Made by a program: the position numbers and the translations under genes. The notes beneath the pieces were generated by a model. That model did not search any database. It was not told the DNA's origin and saw only the letters and a list, made by a program, of their open reading frames with translations. DNA of 64,000 nt from Camelus ferus (lineage: Eukaryota): contig NC_045697.1 in NCBI RefSeq assembly GCF_009834535.1, positions 79,362,001 to 79,426,000 on the forward strand, in the 5' to 3' direction. Below are positions 1 through 11,669 of the stretch, piece after piece. The number at the start of each line of letters is the position of its first letter. Position 1 is the first letter of the stretch.

Positions 1-119
1 CCGAGAAGGGACTGAGGCCCCGCGACAAAGAGTCCGCGCGAGCAAAGGGCGTTCAGTTGTGGTGGGACAGAGTGCAGGAAACACCCTTACAAGTTGGAAG
101 CCGCAGCGCGGATACTTAC

Positions 120-439
120 TTAGTTCGCTTTGTGTGCCTCGGCGTCGCTCTTACTTTGGCGTGTGCCGTGATTCTCCACGCAGCCGGGAGCGCAGCGCTG
201 CTCCTTCTGCCCGCTTGGAAGCAGCGGGTCTGGCGCTACTGCAGCGCGGCTCCGCAGGGGACCGCTCCGACGGGCGAGTTTGCCAAGAGCCCCGGCGGCC
301 GCGGCGACCTGCCCGGGTCTCGTGTGTTGTGGTGGTGGTGCGTGTCTGTCTGTCAGTCAGTCCCCGGCCGTGCGGCTCCTGGCACGCGACTCCCAGGCAC
401 TCCAGTTAAAGCGAAGCTGCTTGTGGTTCAGTGGCTGCG
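120..439 (-). other. NEUROG2: NEUROG2 exon 1 (non-coding 5'UTR exon); coding exon lies left of the window
   Basis: Minus strand begins CGCAGCCACTGAACCACAAGCAGCTTCGC, matching the recalled mammalian NEUROG2 mRNA 5' end. It ends GAACTAA|GTAAGT (consensus donor, GT at 119-118). No ATG in the exon. Known synteny with ZGRF1. Confidence 0.9.
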
Positions 440-468
440 TGTCTGGCACACGACTCTCCTTAAAACCC

Positions 469-476
469 CTTATATA
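469..476 (-). promoter_or_regulatory. NEUROG2: TATA box of NEUROG2 (TATATAAG)
   Basis: Minus strand GGTATATAAGGGG, about 30 bp upstream of the inferred TSS (~439). Confidence 0.85.
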
Positions 477-3400
477 CCACCAAGAAAACAATCAGATCTG
501 CCCCCAGGGCCCCCACCTCCCCCTACCCCCGGCCGCCGCCGCCTCCTCCTCCCCTCCTGTGCCGCCCCCCTCTTCTCCCCCGCTTCTCCCTCCCTGGCTT
601 ACTCTTTTCATTGCATTATCATCATTCATTTCTTTCTCTTGCTTCACCCACTTCCCCCCTCCCCTGGCCCTGCCATCCATCCTCCTCCTCCTCCCATCAC
701 CCCCTCCTTCCTTTTCCCCCTTTATCTAATCAGCATAAAATGGTTCTAAAGCTCCTGTTGGAGCTCGAGGCTGCGGTCGGACTGCTGAAGCCGTGGCGGC
801 GGCATCGGCTCAAGCTGCGGCTGTTGTCGCCGCCGCTGCCCATTGTGATTGGTGGCTCGCGCTCGGCTGGAGCGTGCCGCTAATTTATTAATGAATGGAG
901 GTCGCGAGGCGCAGCTGGCCAATCAGGGCGCCCCGGACTCCAGGAGGCCTGCGAGCCACGCGCACCGGAGCCGCTCCCTTTCAGCAGCTCATTAGGGGCC
1001 GGGGCGCTGGGGGGCCGGTGGGGAGACCAGGGTGACCGCCCCCGCCTGGATCCTCGCGGCTGCACCCCCCCCCCCCCCCCGCCCAGCGCTCGCGCACGCA
1101 CAGCACCCGGCGCTGCCCGGCTTCCTAGCTCCCGGACGTTGGGATCCGAGGAATTAGTTAATGGGGGTCAGAATCCCGGGGAAAGCAGTTAGCCCTCTGG
1201 TGCTGCTGGATGCCTCTTGGCAAAGCTTCTTAAGAGCTGTATCAAATAGTAAACGATTTTAAAACGATTTTAAACTTATTCATTTGGTTAAAAGAGAAAT
1301 GGGGTGCGGGTGGCGAACTGTGGGCACATGGTGTTTAGGTTCCAGAGAGGCTGCCTTGGGAGGGGGAAGAGAGAGGACGCTGGAGGATTCATAGAGGCGT
1401 CTCCAGCCAGGGGAGATCGAGTGAGGGAGCAGCTGATGGGCTTTAAGAGGCTGTGATAATAAAAGCCCTCACATGTTAGAGCTGAAGTGGACCTCTCAGT
1501 TTACCTGTGGCAAACTGAGGCACCGGACACTGATACAGGTTTTTGGTTTGGATTTGGTTGGTTGGTTGGTTAACCCCAGTATATGGCTGGGCAGAACCGC
1601 AAGGAGGCTTCCTGCGTGGGTGGCAGCGAGCGGAGCAGGCGGAGCGGCGGACTTACAGCTCCCTGGAGCAAATGGGCTGCCCTGACATTTCCATGACCTC
1701 TGCTCCGCGCTGGGGGGCGTTGTAGGGACATGGGGCCCGTCCTCCCGATTCTCCAGGCTTTTCAATAGGAAAAAAGAGCTGAAGGGCTACTGGACCTCGC
1801 AGGGAACTTGTTCTGAATTGCTAGACAGCCTCCCTCCCTCTTCCCCCTCCCCCTCCCCGCTCACGCCCACCCTCTTGTCGCTGACTTCTTAGAGACAATC
1901 AGCCCCCAGAAGTGTGTGCTGGGCTGAGTGTTAGACGGTGTACGGTGCACGAGTAGCGAGGATGGATCTGGAATCCAGTAGATTGAAGAGGAGTCCCTTT
2001 TGCAAATTAAGTTTAAGCAAGGCACAGTTGGAATGTTAGGAATTGAAAAGTGGCAAGAGAAAAAGAATATTGTTGGTGGTCTCTGACTCATTCGGATTGT
2101 AGGAATTGGAAACAGGTTGTATTGCAGAGAAAGGGGTGATGAAAGTGTTTTGGCATGGTTTTAATTTGTTTAATGTTTTCTGCAGGGAGGTAATGAGCAG
2201 GCTTAGAAGGCACAAAGTAAAGAAAATGAAAATTAGAATCCTGTGAAAGAGACTGTTATGTGCTGCAGCTGTCCAACCTCCAGACTTCCTTCTGTCTTGA
2301 ATTTATTTGAACATTGTCAGGATTTTCACCTTGCTGACTGATATTTATGCTTTGCGTCTTCTCCCCTTTTAAAAACAAATTCACTACGTTTAAAAGTGTT
2401 ATTTATCCAGTTCCCTCCTCAGTCCTTTCAGAACAGCTTAATTTCATTGGTCAGAAGTGCACCTTTTTTTTTTTTTGTAAATGAAGAGAAACGTTGAGTA
2501 TTTCCAGAATACAGCATCTGCGTCTCTCACACGTTTTTGGGTCTCTGTCTCTTTATCATGAACTTGCAGGATAAGAACTTCATAAAAGAGTTTGATCAAG
2601 CAAAAGATGTGCTGGTAGTGAAAGACAACAGAAGTGCTTACCTTGCTTGCATGCACATGTTAGCATTATATAAGTGATGATCACACATTAGCATTTTATA
2701 GGTGATGATCACTGATACCAAACAAGTACTCTTTACAGGATTTTCCCAAAAGAAAAACCTCTAAGGTCTTGGCAAGCCAGGGTAAAGATGGAAGAAACAT
2801 GTGGGAGTGAATGTGGGATTTTTGTGTTAATTTTGAAAGAAATGGAAGATGAGAAAGCTAGGTTCTGAGGAAATGATGGAAGACTGTTAAAAATAAACAC
2901 TGGATGGGAGATACTATAGAGTGTCAGCTTTCAAATATCTACATCTCATTGCAGGAGTTGCCTGCAAAGAAAGACAAGCCTATAAGCTGATGTAATAGAA
3001 ACAAAGGAAGGCTTATTTTAGTATCAGCAGAAACATACTTCTTAGGACAGGTTGTTTTAAATTTTTGGTTTGGCTAGGAAGTGCTAGGTTGATTTGATGA
3101 TAAACTATATCAGAGGGAAGAACAGAATTGGAATCCAGTTAAGTGGAGGCTTAAAGGAAAACCTGATGAGCTTTGTTTGACCGCAAACACCAAGATCAAG
3201 CTGGGTCTAATGTTTAGTGCTAGTGAAACACACAATGGATTTCTTTAGTTGATTGTTAACAGTATTTGGGCATCTGTCTCCCCAGTTTTTATGTTCTTCC
3301 AAGATTTTATGTTTTTATGATGCACTGAAAGGGTACATGGCTTTCCTTTGTCAAAATCCAAACTTTCTATACTCTGTAAGAAGTTAACAACACATATTTA

Positions 3401-4699
3401 AGTTTATCCTGTGCAGATATTTAGTAGCAGTAAAATATTATTAGGGTAAATTACACATTTTTGAGACTGGAAATTTCCTTCAAAAGGAAAAAGTATGCCA
3501 AGAAACTTAAGCTTGACTTAAATCAGTTTCTAATCTATGTAAATATGAAGATATCATGGAGTTTATATAATTTTATTTTTTAAATAAGGGCTTTGGGTGT
3601 ATGCAGTGGTGTGAGATTACTGTGCAAAGTGCAGGCATTAAAAAAAGTCACCTTCTATGTTATCTTGGAATTCTAAGGATTTTGATTGTTTGCATTGTAG
3701 CCTTGAAAGAAGCATCACTCGGTAATATTTCTGGAAATATTTCCCACTATGGAGAGAACAAGCTAACACACTAGTACAATCCAGAAGCCAGCCATTCACA
3801 CTCAGTTGCAAAATTCTGTTTGTTCAGCATTTTGCCCAGTGTTGCTGACAGAAAGCAATTTCGATTGGTACTCAGATTTGCAAAGACGTGACCAACGCCA
3901 AATATCCTTAGCTGGACTCTTCTAGCACTCTTTGAACTTAAATTCAAGAGGCACTTGTGTGGTCTCAAAGATTGTCCAGATGAAACGAGGCTGAAATGTT
4001 ATGCGAAGGGGGAGGGGAGCGCGTGAATAGCGTCAGTGAGTTTGGTGACCGAGGGCCGCTCCTGTCCATTGCGTGAACTGTCCTAAAGGGTCAAACTGTT
4101 CATCTTCAGCCCCTCTTTCAGTGTGCAATCCTACTTTAAGAGAACAAAAGCTCAAAGCAGGCAGTTATCAAGAAATGGGAGCACAGTGATTTAAACTCAT
4201 CCCCAAGCCTTAGAAAGAAAGGGGGCCGAGTGTGTGTAGGGAAAGAAAAGTGAAGTAAGGGGGGGGGGGGAAGGGGTGGAGATCTTTAGAAAGTCTTTGT
4301 TGTTTCTAAGAAGCTTGAACTTTGAGACGACCCAAAAGCCCTAAAGTTTAGGGTAGGTGTTGCTGTGGGGCCATAGACTACACCCCATCCACACTTCGAC
4401 CTCACAAGTTGGCCAAAGAGGGCAAATGGCCCCCGCACCAGACTTGCTGTTGCAGGTGAAATGTGTGCGGGTGGGGGGCCCGTGAAGAAGGGAGATTTTC
4501 CCAGAGAGAACAAGAGCAAAAGTTTGCCTGCCCAGCAAGCCTGTCTCGCGGTTCACTGTAAACCACCCTGCCCTCAAGGGGAAGGAGGATCTGTGTTCCG
4601 CTAAAAGGACAGGATGACGTGTCTGCCAAGGATGGCTTTGTAGCCTAAATCCTAATCCTCGGGGTGAGCTCTCAGAAAGGCTGAAAGATGGAGAGAATA

Positions 4700-5500
4700 A
4701 GTTAGCCAGTTTTAGTTCTTCACTAGGGGCTGAGAACGCAGTTTCCAGAGCCGGGGAGGCCGGGGTGAGATCCATTATCTTTCCCCGCAGAGGTCTCACC
4801 AGGTCGGAGTTCGTTACTGGTGATGGTGAGCACTGGGAGCCAGTGTGAGCTCGGAATTTTTGGCGGTCCCTTTCTGGGGAGCCAAGGAAGCCAAGAGCGA
4901 TAACAGTGTAAACTCATGCCTCACTTTCGTACTGGACCCCTGCACGGAATTCTCAGTTTCGCTCTCGTTTCCCCCTCGGATCCTACCCCAGGAGGATTTG
5001 TTAATCTAGTCCTCGCAGGGGTCCGCACTGGGTCGCTCAGCCGCGCCAGCTCCTCCCCCTTCCATATTTGAGGAGCAGCAGGGGAATCAACCAGAGAAGA
5101 TGCGAGGCAGAGAAGATCGTACACCCCCCACTCCCATTCCCGAGACCGTTGTCCTCAGGTTACAAAGTGTGCTTAGGTGCCCGAAGCCCAAACATTCAGG
5201 AGATCGAGTTTGACGCCCAAGGTCGTCTTGACGGCGGTGAAATCCGCCTGGCAGGTGCTGGAAGGCTCCTCTCCCCTCTGGAAAGGCAGTGCCCCGCAGG
5301 CTTCTCTTCACTCCTTATGCGACCCGCTGCCCAGGCGCCCCTTTTCTTTCCCACGAAGGAGAGAAGTCACTGTAGGAAACGTTGCCAATCTCCGCCAGCT
5401 TTCTGATTGTTTTCCGCAGGTAAGAGGAAAAGAACAGCCGGAGCGTGAATGGGGGGCTAGGGGCCCACTGGGGAGATGAGCCCCACCCCCACCCCCCTGT
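4700..5500. promoter_or_regulatory. Upstream CpG-rich patch
   Basis: Raised GC and CpG density relative to the flanks; no recognisable repeat. Confidence 0.5.
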
Positions 5501-5559
5501 GCCTGCAAAAAGGGACATTGGCTATCCAGGGGAAAGTGCAAGAAAGAGAGCACTAATCG

Positions 5560-6130
5560 CTGAACCAGGAGACAAACACGATTACTAGCTCCGAGCCTTG
5601 AGTCAGAAAGTCTCATAGACTTTAAGATGTTAATCCCCAGCATAATCCTTCCTTTGGCGTGTAGGAATAGTGCAGCCACAAGAGTTGTTTTGTTATTTAT
5701 ATTGGCGTTTAATAAAACTCAGCCAGTGGTGAATGGGCTGCCCACTCTCCAATGGTAATTAATTCCCTATTTCAGTGACCCAATTGTCCTGGGACAGAGC
5801 GGTGGGCCCGTCCCGGTGCCCCGTCCCCCTTTGTGCCGATACACGGCCCTCGTGCTTCAACAGCTATGGAAACTCATTCTTTTGATGTCATTCAAGGAGT
5901 TTTCCTTGGGCATCTTCTAAACTTCAAGGACCCTTTTCTTTCTCCTTTTCATGAAAAGCAGTGTGAGCTTGACCACCTCTGTAGAATTTAATGATTTGGT
6001 GAAAGGACCCTTTGGGGTTTGTGTAAGGAGTTAGGCAGAGAGAAAGGAAATTTGGCAGCCTGCTCCCTCGCACGGACAGTCCCGAACCTGGAACACACAA
6101 AACTCATTCAAAGCAATGGATAAAGATCTG
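5560..6130. promoter_or_regulatory. Candidate NEUROG2 upstream enhancer (homeodomain/AP-1 motif cluster)
   Basis: TGAGTCA 5599-5605, TAATCC at 5631 and 5643, TAATTAATT 5756-5764; unique sequence between CpG patches. Confidence 0.45.
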
Positions 6131-6344
6131 AAAGCTGATTTTCCTTCTCCTCTTCCCACTCAGGAAAAACATATCCAACCCCCCCCCAAAACCCCACTGA
6201 ATTCTCTTCTGGAAATTAATTGTGTGGTTTGTTGGGGAAAATAAGTTAAAATCTTCAGCAGAGAAAGTTTTTTAACCTGTATCTTAGGGAAATAAGATAT
6301 TTTTCTACGGTAAAGCATATTCATCCAATTATCCTTCCTTTCTA

Positions 6345-6460
6345 CATTCAGAATATACTTAATGGGCACTCAGTGTATGCCAAGCAGCGGACCAACCCCT
6401 GGGAACAGTGCCACACATAAGACAGACACCATTCCTACCCCCATGGAGCTTCCATTCAAA
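6345..6460 (-). mobile_element. L2 LINE 3' fragment
   Basis: Resembles the L2 terminus consensus (gcact..gtatgccaagc...ataagacagacac..tcctacccccatggagctt). Confidence 0.55.
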
Positions 6461-6649
6461 CGAGCAAAGAAACTGTTGCATGTCAGAAAACCGTGTGTAA
6501 TGTAGACGGTGTAATGCAACGCAGTGTCAGGAGAGGGCACGGCTATGTTTTATTTTCACGGATCTAAAACGATACTTTAGGACACAAACCACTCGGGGTG
6601 GTCTCTAGTGGCTGATTTATTCATTATTTCATTCCCCCATATATTTCTC

Positions 6650-7860
6650 GAGTGCTTCCAGTGTGCGAGGCAGAGCGCGCACAGCACGGAGAGCGAGCCC
6701 AGCAGCTGCGCCTGCCGGGCCTTAGTGCCAACAGCGCGATAACGCAGCGCCCATGTAACAAACACTCCCCCAGCGGCGACCGCCGCGGCCGGGGCTCCAG
6801 GCCGGGAGGGGGCGGCCGCGGCGCGCAGGGCAGCGCTCCCTGCACAAGTAGCTCTTCTATGTCTTTATACGCACTTCCAAAAAAACTTCGCAAGTCACAG
6901 AAACAATTCAGAATTCAACTAAGAAAATACAGAGTGAACCATATGGCCTGGGTGGCTCGAGTCGGCTGCATTTTACTCCAGACAAAGAAGGGATTGAGAG
7001 TTGAAGGAAAGGAGAAAAAAACCAACTTTCCGGCTGATGAAGCTGTTGTCTGGAGGCAATGATCCCAAATCTGAAGGCTTTATTCCGGCTCCGACGGAGA
7101 CGTGATATGTCATATGATTAGCATCTTTCATATTTACAAGAGTGGTATGGGCTGCCAGTCTTGAGAGAAAGGCGAGAGAAAGAAGGGGGCATATGCTGAA
7201 ATGGATTTAGCATTTGAAAGAGAGAAAGGAGATCGGATAAATACACTTAAACGAGGATTTCGTTTTACTCCTGTTGAGTTCTAATGGATTGTTGATTGAG
7301 ATTTTAGGGGCCTGGAACCGAGGTGTCAGCAGTAATTTAAAGAAGGCATTCAGTCCTCTAGCGCCTCTTTTCTCCATTTCCCCCTCTCACCCCTCCCACC
7401 CTCTCTCATTTACGCCTTCAAGCAGTACGGGGGCGGAGAAGGCTTTTAAAACAAAACACAAAACAAGATCTTACGCGGGCAGGCGATAGCCAAGGGAGCT
7501 GGAGCGCGGATGGGTTTGGAGGAGGCGCCCCCTACCGCCCGCCGCGGCCCTGGGGTCACGGTCCCTTCCTGTCGCACCTGAGCGTTTTCATGTCGCACCG
7601 CGGCTGCGGCATGCTGGGCGGCGGCGAGGTCCTGGCGCCCTCTGGCGGGGCCCCGGTCGGCGGACAAGGCCCCTGCGGGACCCGCCAGCCGCCGACACCC
7701 TTGGACTGCGCGTGGCTCCGCAGTTCTTCCTGGGACGCCCTCTGGGACCTTCACTTGCAGCTCGGCTGCTGCTAACCTGACTCAAAAGCGTCAGTGGTGG
7801 GCGCCTCCTGCCGAAATAAACAAGCCGTTAAGACGCCTCCCCCGGTAGTTCTGTGCCTGC
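6650..7860. promoter_or_regulatory. Candidate distal NEUROG2 enhancer region (E1-like position) with two CpG-rich blocks
   Basis: About 6-7.4 kb upstream of the TSS. CpG blocks 6650-6860 and 7470-7860 flank an AT-richer core with three CATATG E-boxes and a Pax6-like motif. Confidence 0.55.
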
Positions 7861-8680
7861 CAAGTCCGAGAACAAGCGGGCATAGACCCCGAGACTTTTG
7901 TTTTGAGGGTTTAGCTATTCAGCAACTAGAAGTGACGCCAAGACTCAGTAGGTTGGGGTAAAGACTTGGACTCCAGGCTGTTAAAGATGCTCCTGTGCGC
8001 TTGTCGGGGCCACACTAGACCTGTGTTATATAATGTGTGCAGGTAAGCGTTTCTCCTCAACACCCAGAGCCACTTCCCAGATTCATTCTCTAGACTGCTT
8101 GTCGCTCCCCTGGTATTTTTAAAAAATTCTATTCCGAGTTGGTATTTGATGCTCATTTTAGCTAGACGTCATGTGTCTAAAATGTTGGGGGAAGGGTCTG
8201 TGGGGCACAAAGTGTCAGTCGCCTGAGGCCTCATCCCCTGGATCCAGACGCCCAAATTCCTATTTCCGCTCCGCTTCATCTCTTTCCTGCCAAAATTTGC
8301 TTGTTCTTAACTCTGTCCGGCAAATTGTGTTTTCCCGAGTGTCAAAGGGAACTTAAGGACTTACCACTTCAGGGCTTTAGCTGTGAGTCAGGCTGTCCAC
8401 GTTTACCAACAGTAGAGACTGACAAATAAAAGTTCCGCTGCGACACCAACAGTGTAGGCTTAAAATCATATTTTGATGGATTTTTTAAAAATCATGATAT
8501 AATGCTTAGTATGACCCCAGTTTGTGGACGGTATGTGTCTTTGAATGATTGGAGGGAAGTAGAAACACATACATTCTGGAGAGAAAAATACAGTGCTTAT
8601 CTTTCTGTTATTGGGTAGTGGGAATTTATATTTTCTTTGTGTTTCCAAGTAAATTTTACATTTATCATCAGAAATTGTTA

Positions 8681-8711
<31 letters not shown>

Positions 8712-11147
8712 CTGGCCTTCTAGAAAGTGCCTGTGTCTTTTGTAGTCTTCATTAAAGACTGGAAGTAAATTTCTGATCAGAGGTGGCTGCAGTGGGTTGA
8801 GTTCTATCATGGTACTCACCCACAGTGGAAATTAAAGCCCCAGAAGCTGGACCATTTGGGTTGACATGGGATACTGGATCTTAAAAACAAACATTTAAAA
8901 CTTGTTCTGTATTGGAAATATTATTTGTATAGGACAGAAACATTCAAGGCTAACTTTTAGATTTTACTTTTTGTTAAATCAAAAATCCTGGGGTTGGACA
9001 GAGAAAGGAAAGGTCCTCAATGCTCTTATTTTCTCTATTCTGGGTAAATCACATCTTATTTTCTGAGAGAGATGTGATCACATCCCAGGAACTTGATAGG
9101 TTTCTAAAGAAAGATTTTTTTTTTTTACCACTATCTGAAAGTAATATATTCCTTTATTTAGTACTATTTGCTAACAGGAAATTATTTGGGTCTAATCTTT
9201 CTTAAATGTGTTTCTTGACCAGTCCTCAGTAGTGATTAAAAACTTTCCTCCTCTGTTATTCTGTGCTTGACAAGATGACATCTAAAGCTTCTATTTTAAA
9301 AATAATGAGGATCCAGAAAATGTTTAATTCTGAGTCTTGCTTTCCTATGCTTTTTGGATTTTGGCTTTCTCTGTTGAAAGAAGCCATCTTTACCCTGAAG
9401 GAGGCCACTGTGGGTTTCTGTTTAACTCTGCATTTTTATAGCACCAATCACCACACTGATACTATGATGTATTATTGGCTGTGCCTGAGACAGCAGGACT
9501 GAGAATAAGAGAAAGGGAAGGGTTTGCAAGAGGATAATGGCATTCTTCTCAGCAAATTCTCTTTTTCTTCCAGGGTTTTTATTTTTGAGGATTTGAGAGT
9601 TCATTTTCTCTTGAAGGAAAAGAAAGTATAATCTTGCAATGCATTTTGTGCAGGAAAATCAAGAAATATTTTCATGGAAATTGGCTACTAATAAATTCCG
9701 AAAAAATAAAGCAGGCTAGAAATAAAAACTAAAACTTTGTCAACATTAACCCAAACTTGAACTCCTGTTAATGCCCTAAATAGAACATAGCTTTTCCCTT
9801 CCTTTTTAAAAATTTCCCAGCTATGGAGCCTCTAATGTGTCCCTAAAAATTGGAAGAAAATACACTTTTATTATTTGCATGAATCTGGTGATCTCCATTC
9901 TTAAGCTACAAATTATTTGAGTTACATTGGATTTGAGACACTATTTCTCAGGAAACGAGTCATTGCAGGTTTAAGGACATTGTTTTGGAGCTAAGTGCAT
10001 TGTTCTTCAGGATAAACTGCTGGTCACTCCCAAAGACTCACATGGTATTTTAGGTTCTTCTCTGAATCTTCCTTTGGCTCCCAGTCTCATGAAACTGGCA
10101 TCAACAGCGCCTACTCTTTCCCATGCTAAAGCTTGGAAACAATTCATTTGTTCAAAATAAGCTAATTACAAAGTAGCAGCTTATTAAAATAGCAACCTAT
10201 TCCTTTCCTCTTATCCTAAAAGCTCAAAGTATTTTTCTTTTCCTCACAAAATAGGGATGAAATAAAATAAGTCACAAAGAGTTTTTAAATAATAATGAAC
10301 AAAAACATATGCAAACACAAAAATAAGAAGTCAGTAATACATTCCTTGATTCCAAGCACTTGGGCAAGAAAGAATACCTGGGTGGTGATTTCAGTCTGCT
10401 AGCAACTGGAAATTCTGATTCAATATTTAAGAAGAAATAATCTGTATCTGTAGAACACAGAATGAATTTAATCATTGTAGAGACAAGTCAAAATTTAGGT
10501 CAGCGTGGCATTCACAGGAATGAGGACCATCACTTTTTCCTTTCCCTTGTCTTTACTGATTAATATTAATTGGACGGGACAGAGTTGTTGGCTGTGCCAA
10601 GGCTGTGCAGATCAACAGCTGTGCTCTTGACAAAACTATTTTCTAAAGAAATGATTTCTTCTGCAGTTTTTTCTTCGTTTAGTCTTTCCTCATATTTTTA
10701 GGTTGCAGTGAGTGGCCAAAGGCAGCACTTTCTGAAGTGCTTTCTTAAAGGCTTATTTGTGTCTGATGCCTGATGAAAAGTGAGGAGGTAGGAAATGCTT
10801 CTTGTGGAGGGGAAGCAGACCTGAGTAAGTCCAGCACCGCTAGGGAGGAACTCATATACAACCATGAAAATAAAAAATTACTAATTAAATAATAGTACAA
10901 CTATAAAGGTAATTCCATCCAAATTAACATTAATTTGATGTGATAGATTTTTTGTATTTTCCCCCAAAGGACTTCACCACATGCATTTCATACAGCCTGC
11001 CACTGTGTAATTTCAAGTTTGGGTGCCTTTGGTATCACATCAAATATTGTAGATGGTGCCCACCACTTTGCTCTTTTACATGTATTGAGAAATCTGAGTA
11101 CAGTGTCATTCGGCTGTCATTAATTGTCAACAAATGATGTATATACA

Positions 11148-11468
11148 GAGGATTTTTTAGGGCAGGGAAAATGTATGATACTATAAGGGTGGGTATATGT
11201 CATTATACATTTGCCCAAACCCATAGAATTAGGATGTACAACACAAGAGTGAACCTAAGGTAAACTGTAGACTTTGGGTGACTGTGATGTGTCAATGTAG
11301 GTTCATCCTTGGTTTAAAAAAAAGAAGTATCATTCCAATGAGTGATGTTAAGTGGGGAGGCTATGCATGTGTGGGGGCAGGAGGAATATGGGAAATCTCT
11401 ACCCTCTTCTCAATTTTGTTGTAAACCTAACTGCTCTAAAAATAATAAAGTCAGAAAAAAAAAAAAAA
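11148..11468 (+). mobile_element. L1MC-type LINE-1 3' end with poly-A
   Basis: aggattttttagggcag...cccaaacccatagaa...ggggaggctatgcatgtgtgggggcagg...aataaagtc followed by an A-run; matches the recalled L1MC1 3' consensus. Confidence 0.8.
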
Positions 11469-11669
11469 GAGATAAATTCAAAGGAATCTCCCCAGAGTGT
11501 AGAAACAAATCAAAGATACAAAGAACAGTAAGGATAAGATATTCAGAGAATCAGTCCAGAGTCCATCATCTGACTGGTAGGAGTTTCAGAGAGAATAGAG
11601 CAAATAGAGAAGATGAAATTATCTCAGAAGTGAAGGGCTGGTGGACAGATTTAAAACAACAACACACTC

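Larger units (their letters stand above)
1..1150. promoter_or_regulatory. NEUROG2: CpG island / proximal promoter of NEUROG2
   Basis: Very GC- and CpG-rich by eye. CCAAT boxes near 847 (minus) and 919 (plus), TAATTTATTAAT homeodomain-type element at 881-892, CAGCTG at 911-916. Confidence 0.85.

Noticed and set aside
57..883. Long plus-strand ORFs (230, 149, 116, 90 aa) over the NEUROG2 promoter
   Set aside because: Non-ATG starts and Pro/Ser low-complexity products, as expected from stop-poor GC-rich DNA antisense to a 5'UTR and promoter.
4286..7785. Many 60-150 aa ORFs in the upstream CpG-rich patches
   Set aside because: No recognisable domains or coherent splice structure; explained by GC content.
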